Below are positions 31,609-39,107 of a DNA stretch of 64,000 nt, piece by piece. Under the pieces are notes generated by a model that was given only the letters and a program-made list of their open reading frames with translations, had not been told where the DNA came from and did no database searches. Both the position numbers and the translations under genes were made by a program. Every line of letters begins with the position of its first letter. Position 1 is the stretch's first letter. Source of the DNA: Sulfurospirillum sp. (GTDB lineage Bacteria; Campylobacterota; Campylobacteria; Campylobacterales; Sulfurospirillaceae); assembly GCA_045047115.1 (NCBI GenBank), contig JASFYR010000019.1, forward strand, positions 32,001 through 96,000, given 5' to 3'.

Positions 31609-32451
31609 CTAAGCTACAGAAACTATTTTTTTTTCATATGTATGGTGAATTTTCAGCATCTCATAGGCATATTGAATCTCTTGAAATTTTTTATTATAAT
31701 AAGATTTTAATGATAGGTTTGAGATGCCAAGTCTATCCGGATGATACTGTTTGACCAATTTTAAGTATCTTTCTCTGATTACTCCAAAGGAATCAACTTT
31801 TTTACATCCTAGTACATTATAGTAGTCTTCGAGTAGGTTAAAAAGTGCAAAATATCTATTTTTCCTCGATTTTTTTTCATTTAGAACTAATTTGTATGTT
31901 TCTATTTCGTCAGGATTAAAGTTGAAATTCACAAAAGAACCAAGCAATTCTCTTTGTACTAATAAATTTTCCAACAATTCAACAGTCTTATTTGAATTTG
32001 GATATATAGTCATGATTCTTGTCTTGCTTCTATAAGAAATGAGATGATTTTTAAAATAATTTTTTAGATATGTGACTAAAATAGAAAAATTTGTTTCAAA
32101 ATGAAGGAGTATGACATAGTTGTCTTCTATTTTTATTTTAATATTGACATGTTGCGTGATTTGATTTGCTTTTAGAAGAGAGAGTTTTATATTTTTGTTG
32201 TACGAATTCTTAATTTTTTCTAGCTCTTTTTTATTTGTATTTGTATTTTTTCTTTTATATATCTTGCTAATTAGTTTCAGAAAGTATCTTCTTTGAACTT
32301 TTTCATCACTTTCTTTAAAAACTATAATTTTCTCTTTTTTGCCTATTTTCTTTCTAAAATGCTTTTCTATAAGATTTTGTAAAAAATAAAATGTTTTACT
32401 ATCCTCTTGAATAGTTACTGCTATCATATCTCTGGAATAAGAAATTTGCAT
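31609..32451 (-). CDS. protein with C-terminal DnaJ (J) domain
   Basis: YYNVLG..YLKLVKQYHPD..FQEIQYAYE; GGAGA RBS before ATG 32451. Confidence 0.85.
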   Translation of the reverse strand: MQISYSRDMIAVTIQEDSKTFYFLQNLIEKHFRKKIGKKEKIIVFKESDEKVQRRYFLKLISKIYKRKNTNTNKKELEKIKNSYNKNIKLSLLKANQITQHVNIKIKIEDNYVILLHFETNFSILVTYLKNYFKNHLISYRSKTRIMTIYPNSNKTVELLENLLVQRELLGSFVNFNFNPDEIETYKLVLNEKKSRKNRYFALFNLLEDYYNVLGCKKVDSFGVIRERYLKLVKQYHPDRLGISNLSLKSYYNKKFQEIQYAYEMLKIHHTYEKKIVSVA

Positions 32452-32508
32452 TTTATCTCCCGTAAGGTTAGTTATTAGACTAAATAAAGCAACTTCCATT
32501 CCAAAATA

Positions 32509-33240
32509 TCAGCTCCAAAACTCCTTTTCAAAGTCATTTGGATTATTTTGTAAAATTTCAAACGGTTTAAATCTGTCTTTATAGTTCAAGCTAGGGCAAT
32601 CCTTGACATAGTAACCAAGGTAAATCCATCTTAAATTAAAATTTTTAGCCAATTGGATTTGCATATAGATAGAGTACCGACCGAGAGAATATTTTGAAAA
32701 ATCTGGATCATAAAAGAAGTATATCGAAGAGATTCCATCATCCATAAAATCCACCAAATCAACCGCTACAAGTCTATCATCGATATAGTATAAAATCTCT
32801 TTACCAAATTTTTTTGCTCCGGTGATATAGAGTTCATGGTAGCTCTTGGGTTTTATTTCATAAGATTTCCAACCTTTTTTTTGCTCCATATATTTATGGT
32901 ATTTTTCATAAATTTCAAGATGCTCATTGGAGATAGTAGGTTTTTGTATAGTAAATACAGTGTTTGCATTTTTTTTGATTGTTTTTTTGGCATTTTTACT
33001 GAATGCATAGTTTTTTGCATCAATTCTAAGGCTTTTACACTCATTGCATGTAGAACATTGCGGTCTGGAGTAGTAGTTTCCAAACCTTCTCCAGCCCTTT
33101 TTGATTAGTTTATCATTTAAAATACTTGGGCAATTTTCTATATATTTGTATTGCATTCTCACAAATCTGTCTTCTAGATAAGAGCACTCGGAGTCCAGTG
33201 TTGAAAACTCTATGATTTTAGATTGAATTCTATTTGTCAA
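32509..33240 (-). CDS. ATE1/Bpt-family aminoacyl-tRNA-protein transferase
   Basis: CSYL, GWRRFG..RPQC..C..LRI, YFFYDPD..SLG, YLGYYV..C. Confidence 0.9.
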   Translation of the reverse strand: MTNRIQSKIIEFSTLDSECSYLEDRFVRMQYKYIENCPSILNDKLIKKGWRRFGNYYSRPQCSTCNECKSLRIDAKNYAFSKNAKKTIKKNANTVFTIQKPTISNEHLEIYEKYHKYMEQKKGWKSYEIKPKSYHELYITGAKKFGKEILYYIDDRLVAVDLVDFMDDGISSIYFFYDPDFSKYSLGRYSIYMQIQLAKNFNLRWIYLGYYVKDCPSLNYKDRFKPFEILQNNPNDFEKEFWS

Positions 33241-33403
33241 GCTTCTTTATACCACTATCTTTTATAAAATTTATAAACTCATCTTTAAGTTTTTTCTCTT
33301 TTTCTTCTTTTATATCGCTTGCTCTTTTTTCATTTTCCATCTTTTCTTGTTCAGCCATCTCTTTTTTTAGATCTTTTAATTCATCAAATAGTATATTTTG
33401 CAT
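33230..33403 (-). CDS. small charged coiled-coil protein
   Basis: MQNILFDELKDLKKEM..DSGIKKLDK; coupled to downstream transferase; start uncertain. Confidence 0.65.
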   Translation of the reverse strand: MQNILFDELKDLKKEMAEQEKMENEKRASDIKEEKEKKLKDEFINFIKDSGIKKLDK

Positions 33404-33458
33404 CTTTACCACCATACTGTTTTTATAACTGACATAGTGCATAAGGTCAGTTATTTGT

Positions 33459-33494
33459 ATTATATCCAAAAATCAATTGAATTTTGGATATAAT
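33459..33494. promoter_or_regulatory. 36-bp palindrome carrying back-to-back -10 boxes
   Basis: ATTATATCCAAAAATCAA|TTGAATTTTGGATATAAT, 17/18 pairs; TATAAT on each strand. Confidence 0.7.
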
Positions 33495-33531
33495 TGTGTA
33501 TTTAAACACCCACTTATGCAAGGAGAGGTTG

Positions 33532-33825
33532 ATGAAGATTATATTTAATGCATTTAGTTTTTTAAGAAAAAAATTAAAAGAACAAAATATTCCCTATGTT
33601 GAGGCTTCATTAGAGTTTCCAGATAATTTTACTCCTCAAAAAATAATAGAAAAATTTGGTTTTAAAGATTCAGAAGTAGAGGCTGTATTTATCAATAGAA
33701 AAGTACAACCAAAAGATACTCTCCTTCATGACGGAGATAGAATAGCCCTGTTGCCCCCAGGAACACCTGGTTCTTATAGGTTAATTTTAGGTATAAAAAA
33801 AATAGAAGAGAAAGACAAAAAATGA
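33532..33825 (+). CDS. MoaD/ThiS-like ubiquitin-fold protein lacking C-terminal GG
   Basis: AVFINRK..LHDGDRIALLPPGTPGSYR; AGGAGAGG RBS. Confidence 0.8.
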   Translation: MKIIFNAFSFLRKKLKEQNIPYVEASLEFPDNFTPQKIIEKFGFKDSEVEAVFINRKVQPKDTLLHDGDRIALLPPGTPGSYRLILGIKKIEEKDKK

Positions 33826-33847
33826 GCTAAAGAAGGAGGAGAGGGCT

Positions 33848-34090
33848 TTAGCCCCCTCCAATTTTTGGAAAAACGGCAAGTATCTGTTCATCTTGCAAAA
33901 CATAATCTTCTTGCATATGTCTTCCGTTGACCATCAAAACTCCGATTGGTAGTTTTCCCAAATCAAGCCCTATATCATTAAGCACATCTTTAATAGTGGA
34001 GTTTTTTGCATAACTCCTTTTTTCCACCTTGAATTTGCCCTCTCTGTATTGGGCGAAGAGTTTGACTGTTATATGTATCATCTCTGGCAT
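33848..34090 (-). CDS. MoaD/ThiS sulfur carrier
   Basis: VKLFA..MVNGR..AVFPKIGGG C-terminus. Confidence 0.88.
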   Translation of the reverse strand: MPEMIHITVKLFAQYREGKFKVEKRSYAKNSTIKDVLNDIGLDLGKLPIGVLMVNGRHMQEDYVLQDEQILAVFPKIGGG

Positions 34091-35826
34091 TAAAAATTCC
34101 AGAACTCATCTATCTCTTCATTTGTAAAGTCCCAAATAGCACCTGTTGGTGGCAAAGCCTCGTATTTCATAAACTCAGGGATTCTATCATCTGCGCTTGT
34201 AAGTCCGGCTTTTAGATTAAACTCATGCTCAATTTTGAGTATATTCTTACCAAGATTTGTTACATCGTCTCCTGTAAGTTTTGCACCAAATCTAGCATTT
34301 ATCATGTCTATCAAAGCAGGTAAGCATTTCGGATCATCGAGTGCAGGAAATGCAACAAATATACACATACCGGTACTATCAACTGCAGCAGAGGCAATTT
34401 GTAGGTTACGAGAGAGCTCAACCTGACCATCTTTTTTGAGTGGATCGATATATCCACCACTGTTTAGTATGTTTGTAGCAACCGCATACCCGGCTGTGTG
34501 GTCGGCACCCATAGGAGTTGTAACATAGGTGATTCCTTGACCTTTGACAGCTCTTGGCTCATAAGCAGGGATACTTTGGTTTTTAACAACAGGGACTCTT
34601 ACTAAGCCATAAAGTTTTCCAAGATTCCCGGCACCTGCTCCTATAATTCTGCCAAGTGGCGTACCGCTTGCCACATCATTTGCAAGAATCTCGTAAGCTC
34701 TTATTCCATCACCAAATTTTATAAGTCCTGCATCAACAGCTACACCAAAGGTTACTCCGGTCTCGATAGCATCAACTCCCAAATCATCCATTAAATGATC
34801 TATTTTTGCTATTTGGTCTAAATCATCGATACCAAAGTTTGCACCAAATGCCCATATCATTTCATACTCGAAACCTGATGTCAGATACTTTCCTTCTTTA
34901 TCATTATAGACTTGAGAACACTGTATGACACATCCGGCATGACAACCGTGTGTAGTTTTACCGCCTCTTTCTTTGATATTTTCAGCCATTGTTTCACCAC
35001 AGATGTCTTCGGCATTTTCTGAATTTCCTGATCTAAAGTTGTGTGACGGCAAAGCTCCTGCTTCATTGATGATGTTTACAAGTACATTCGTGCCAAATGC
35101 CGGTAAACCTTCACCACTGATTGGGTTTTCTTTAAGGGCTTGTGTAAAGATTTTACTGGCTTCTTTAAATTTTTCAGGGTCAGCTATATGAGCTTCTTTA
35201 TAGTTTTCGGCATCTACAGTTATGCATTTTATCTTCTTAGAGCCCATAACAGCACCTAGTCCACCACGACCATGACTCCTTAGTTTGCCTTGAGGATCTT
35301 TGACAGATATGTTCGAAATGAGCATTTTTTGCTCACCCGGCCGTCCTATGCTCATAACAGCTACTTTTTTACTGTATTTTTCCATCATAGCATCAAGAAC
35401 AGCAAAGTTGTCTTTACCTACCAACTCAGGAACAGCCTCAATCAAAACTTTCTCTTTCGTTACATGTATATGATAAAAAGTGGAGTCATCTTCAGGAATT
35501 CCCTCTATGATAAGGGCTTTTACACCAAGTTTTGCCATGATGCCGGCACTCGTGCCTCCAACATTGCTCTCTTTGATACCGCCGGTCAAAGGACTTTTTG
35601 CGCCAAGAGAGTTTCTCCCGCTGTTTGCAGCGCTTGTTCCGGAGAGTAATCCAGGAGCAAATACCATCTTGTTATTTGGTCCAAGAGGATGACATTCGGG
35701 ATCAACTTCAGTAGCCACGACAGTAGAAGTAAGTCCTCTACCACCAAGTCCCAGCCACTCCTCTGGTACATCCTCTATCTTATAGGTAAGATTGGACATA
35801 TCCACTCTGTAAATTTTGTCTGACAT
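34090..35826 (-). CDS. aor: aldehyde:ferredoxin oxidoreductase (tungstopterin AOR family)
   Basis: GLGGRG, AKSPLTGGIKESNVGG, GRGGLGAVMGSK, CHAGCVIQC, EYE, PMGADH. Confidence 0.93.
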   Translation of the reverse strand: MSDKIYRVDMSNLTYKIEDVPEEWLGLGGRGLTSTVVATEVDPECHPLGPNNKMVFAPGLLSGTSAANSGRNSLGAKSPLTGGIKESNVGGTSAGIMAKLGVKALIIEGIPEDDSTFYHIHVTKEKVLIEAVPELVGKDNFAVLDAMMEKYSKKVAVMSIGRPGEQKMLISNISVKDPQGKLRSHGRGGLGAVMGSKKIKCITVDAENYKEAHIADPEKFKEASKIFTQALKENPISGEGLPAFGTNVLVNIINEAGALPSHNFRSGNSENAEDICGETMAENIKERGGKTTHGCHAGCVIQCSQVYNDKEGKYLTSGFEYEMIWAFGANFGIDDLDQIAKIDHLMDDLGVDAIETGVTFGVAVDAGLIKFGDGIRAYEILANDVASGTPLGRIIGAGAGNLGKLYGLVRVPVVKNQSIPAYEPRAVKGQGITYVTTPMGADHTAGYAVATNILNSGGYIDPLKKDGQVELSRNLQIASAAVDSTGMCIFVAFPALDDPKCLPALIDMINARFGAKLTGDDVTNLGKNILKIEHEFNLKAGLTSADDRIPEFMKYEALPPTGAIWDFTNEEIDEFWNF

Positions 35827-35899
35827 ATAATCTCCTTCTATTAATTTTTATATATTATATGTTAAATCATTTAAAAGTACATAAAAGTTGCAAAAAAAT

Positions 35900-35942
35900 T
35901 GTAAAATTAGAATATGCGATTTTTGCATATTCTAATTTTACA
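35900..35942. terminator. 18-bp perfect inverted repeat downstream of xerH
   Basis: TGTAAAATTAGAATATGC-N7-GCATATTCTAATTTTACA. Confidence 0.6.
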
Positions 35943-35946
35943 CACT

Positions 35947-36987
35947 TTAGTAAATATCTGTTGTCTTTTTTAACTTTTCTTTATCGAAGTGGGTATAGAT
36001 TCTAGATGTATTTATATCAGCATGACCAAGTGATTCTTGCACAAGTATGAGGTCATGACTTTTTTGATAAAGCAAAGTTGCAAAAGTATGTCTTAGCATG
36101 TGAGCGCCATTTTTTTCTTTTTTAATACCGGCGCTCATCAGAATTTTTTCAACAATTCTGCTTATGTATGCCTGGGTCAGTTTTCTGCCAAATTTATTGC
36201 AAAAGAGTAGGTTGTTTTCGCAAACTCTTTTGCCTAAGTAGTTACTTAAATCATGCTCTATTATACCTTTTTTAATCATCACAACTCTTGGTTTGTTTCC
36301 TTTGCCTCTGACTTGTATGGTATAAAAATCATCTTGGGCATATATATCTTTCAAACAGATTCCCAAAGCTTCACCAACTCTAATTCCGGTGTAGAGTATA
36401 ATTTTTATGAGCAATCTGTTTCTAGAGAGAGTTTTTGGACTGAATTTATAAGCATCTATAGCTTGAATAAATTTTTTGACTTCATCTTTTTGCATATGAG
36501 AGGGCAGTTTTTCTCCACTTTTGCCACCAAGTCCTCCCCAATTTTTCAGCTCAATCAAAAAGCTGAATTTTTCATCATTTTGCTTATCTAAGAAGCCAAA
36601 AAAGCCCAAGAGTGCTATGCGATAATTTTTCTTTGTTGCATCTGAAAGTGTTGAAGTCTCAATGGCCAAAAATTCACTCAAAAACTCTTCATCTGTCTCT
36701 TTGAGAGATTTTGCTCCATAATTTGATATATAATTGAAAAGTTTTTCAAGCGGTATAAAATACATATGTATGCCGTTTATGCCTACATTTCTTATCTTTT
36801 TTACCAAATCTTTCAAATCTTTTAAATTCTCTACATGTAGAGTTAGATTTTGAAGATACAGAGCCAGTGCCTCTTTGTCGTTTACTTGACGGTTAGACAA
36901 GGTGGTGACTTTGTACTTGATAAATCGACTGATCCAGAAAAGAAGGGACTTTTCTATGGTATTTTCTATATCAATGGAGTATTTCAC
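35947..36987 (-). CDS. xerH: tyrosine recombinase XerH
   Basis: YTGIRVGE, GKGNK, HMLRHTFAT, LGHADINTSRIYTH; ~350 aa with epsilon-type N-terminus; adjacent dif-like site. Confidence 0.88.
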   Translation of the reverse strand: MKYSIDIENTIEKSLLFWISRFIKYKVTTLSNRQVNDKEALALYLQNLTLHVENLKDLKDLVKKIRNVGINGIHMYFIPLEKLFNYISNYGAKSLKETDEEFLSEFLAIETSTLSDATKKNYRIALLGFFGFLDKQNDEKFSFLIELKNWGGLGGKSGEKLPSHMQKDEVKKFIQAIDAYKFSPKTLSRNRLLIKIILYTGIRVGEALGICLKDIYAQDDFYTIQVRGKGNKPRVVMIKKGIIEHDLSNYLGKRVCENNLLFCNKFGRKLTQAYISRIVEKILMSAGIKKEKNGAHMLRHTFATLLYQKSHDLILVQESLGHADINTSRIYTHFDKEKLKKTTDIY

Positions 36988-36999
36988 AATATAACCTTT

Positions 37000-37027
37000 T
37001 AGTATTGGAAACTATAATTTCCAAACT
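37000..37027. other. difH-like chromosome dimer resolution site
   Basis: TTGGAAA-CTATAA-TTTCCAA: inverted arms around a 6-bp spacer, directly upstream of xerH. Confidence 0.8.
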
Positions 37028-37290
37028 ATTATATCATGATAACCTTTTAAAAACTTTACACAAAAAATAAATCTTTGCATAATCAATTACACGAGCAACA
37101 AAAAGACAGAAATAATAATAAAACGCGTAGTAAGAAGAATTTACGGCAAGATTACAACAAATTAGGCTTTTATAATTTCTTTAAGTAAAATTGCGCTAGC
37201 AAAATAAAAGCCCTTAAATGGGCTCCTATGGCTTAAATTATACTTAATTTAGTAAAATATGCTATAATTTCCAAAAATATAGGATGTAGC

Positions 37291-37686
37291 ATGTTATTAA
37301 CAACTAAAAGTACTTTTATGCCATACTTTGATTTTTTTCAAGTTGCAAACAAAGAGTACGAAAAGAAACCATCATTTTTAAGCAAAAAAATATTATCTAT
37401 CATTGCCAATAATTTACATAAGCAATATATTGAAATAGAAAAAATAATCATAGACTTAGATAAGTACAGTGTTGATCACTTGAATTTATTGTGTGATGAA
37501 CTTTATGACAGCCTTGATGAAATCAAGTTATTAAAATCAAAAATCAAAAATAGCAATAGAAATAATTTTGAATATGAAAATTTATACAACAATGCTGATG
37601 ATTTGCACAACTTAATTTTAACGCTTATTGAAAAAACAACATCTAAAGAAATACACGAACTTAAAAATAAAAACCATGCAGCCTAA
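37291..37686 (+). CDS. helical hypothetical protein, putative antitoxin
   Basis: 131 aa; extended -10 TGCTATAAT and AGGA RBS upstream; overlaps the downstream toxin-like gene. Confidence 0.7.
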   Translation: MLLTTKSTFMPYFDFFQVANKEYEKKPSFLSKKILSIIANNLHKQYIEIEKIIIDLDKYSVDHLNLLCDELYDSLDEIKLLKSKIKNSNRNNFEYENLYNNADDLHNLILTLIEKTTSKEIHELKNKNHAA

Positions 37687-37975
37687 ATATGAGATTATAA
37701 AAACATCAGACTACAAGAGAACCAGTAATAAATATATCAAAAGAAGAATATTAAAGATACAAGAGATAGAAACTTGTGTACAAAAACTAATAATAGACAA
37801 ACATGATCCAAAGTTAAATTTTAAGAAGATAAACTGCAAGCAAGATAAAAACCGATATTCAATAAAAATAAACAATCAAGGATATAGAGTTCTTTTAAGC
37901 ATAATTGAAAATGAAATATTTTTAAGATGTATATGTGATCACGATGAATATGACAGACGAAACAAAGATTGCTAA
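37676..37975 (+). CDS. RelE/ParE-superfamily toxin-like protein
   Basis: 99 aa, basic; YEIIKTSDYKR..DPKLNFKKI..YSIKIN..YRVLL..ICDHDEY. Confidence 0.7.
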   Translation: MQPKYEIIKTSDYKRTSNKYIKRRILKIQEIETCVQKLIIDKHDPKLNFKKINCKQDKNRYSIKINNQGYRVLLSIIENEIFLRCICDHDEYDRRNKDC

Positions 37976-38217
37976 TAAATTATTCAAGCTAAAAACGAAC
38001 CTTGCTACATCACCACAGTAATACTTATCATAGAAAAAATGAAACCATAAGAAGTAAAAATGTTCTTACTGTTATCTCAATATACTTGTCGCTAGAAATC
38101 TATTTGGCTTAGGCAAAGAGAAAATAGAATTTATGAATCACTCATCCCTTCAAATAGGAACCTTTTGCCCAAAAGCGGTACAAAACTATAATTTCCAAAC
38201 TTTATAATTATATCGAC

Positions 38218-38745
38218 TTAAAGCTTAAATGTATTTATTGGTGGTGTATTGATCTTGTGTTTTTTGGGATAGTCAAAAAATAGAATTTTACCCGTTCCCT
38301 CTTTAATTTTCTTAAAACTATCTATATCAAATTCTATACAAACGATAGAACAGGTTGGCATATTTGTTAAAATTGCACCGCTTAAAATTTCTCCGACTTC
38401 TGTAATGGTTGGGTTATGGGCTACAATAAAAACAGAGTCTATGCTCTTTTCAAGTGAGTCAAGTATATAGCGATAGGTTTGATATGAACTCTCATATAAA
38501 GAGTCTATATAGGATATTTTGGATTTCTCATAGCCTATGGTTTGTGCTATCTCTGTGGCAGTTGTCTTTGCTCTTTTGGCAGGACTTGAAATTATGAGGT
38601 CCGGCATGATAGAAAAAAATTTCAATCTTTTTGCCATAAAATCCAAGTCAGCTCTGCCTCTTTTGTTTAGTATTCTCTCGAAGTCACTTTTGCCCTCTTC
38701 TTTCCAGCTTGATTTGGCGTGTCTTATAAGGTATATTTTTTTCAT
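38218..38745 (-). CDS. sixA: SixA-like phosphohistidine phosphatase
   Basis: LIRHAKSSW..DFER.L..RG, SSPAKRA, VAHNP. Confidence 0.88.
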   Translation of the reverse strand: MKKIYLIRHAKSSWKEEGKSDFERILNKRGRADLDFMAKRLKFFSIMPDLIISSPAKRAKTTATEIAQTIGYEKSKISYIDSLYESSYQTYRYILDSLEKSIDSVFIVAHNPTITEVGEILSGAILTNMPTCSIVCIEFDIDSFKKIKEGTGKILFFDYPKKHKINTPPINTFKL

Positions 38746-38761
38746 GGTGAAATTATACACT

Positions 38762-39043
38762 TTAGTATATAAAATTTTCCAAAATCCATTTTTTTATCAA
38801 CCTTCGGTTGACTGCAAAAAACGGAAGTTCAAATCTCAGCATAGTTTCTGCTCTTTTTATGCTGTATTCATCTTCTATGTTTAGATCATTTGCAATGCTT
38901 TGAAGCATCAAAAGCATCTGTTTGTTTGAGTTTGTATCAAATTTTTCACTCCCCTCCTCTGCAAAAAACTTAGATATATCATATGATGCACTGTCATTTT
39001 CATACTCGAACTGCAACATTTTTTCCTCTACATATAAAGCCAT
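38762..39043 (-). CDS. hypothetical protein
   Basis: 93-aa ORF co-oriented with sixA. Confidence 0.7.
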   Translation of the reverse strand: MALYVEEKMLQFEYENDSASYDISKFFAEEGSEKFDTNSNKQMLLMLQSIANDLNIEDEYSIKRAETMLRFELPFFAVNRRLIKKWILENFIY

Positions 39044-39107
39044 TTTTTTACCTTATGATATAATACTTCTAGTTCAACAATTATACACAACTATTGCTGA
39101 GGAGTCT

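Larger units (their letters stand above)
37009..38201. mobile_element. candidate dif-integrated mini-element flanked by 19-bp direct repeats
   Basis: AAACTATAATTTCCAAACT at 37009-37027 and 38183-38201; AT-rich interior with a TA-like pair. Confidence 0.65.

Noticed and set aside
35947..36987. Prophage or island integrase
   Set aside because: No phage genes nearby; it lies outside the direct repeats, and its size, N-terminus and adjacent dif-like site fit housekeeping XerH.
37976..38182. Additional cargo gene in the dif cassette
   Set aside because: Only short frames without a convincing start, RBS or recognisable motif; possibly a decayed remnant but not supportable.
38922..39107. Long N-terminal extensions in the ORF track (YbdK; likewise murA 57038, grpE 7968, toxin 37628)
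   Set aside because: They overlap other genes or promoters and lack an RBS; downstream starts fit family lengths and mostly have clear RBSs.
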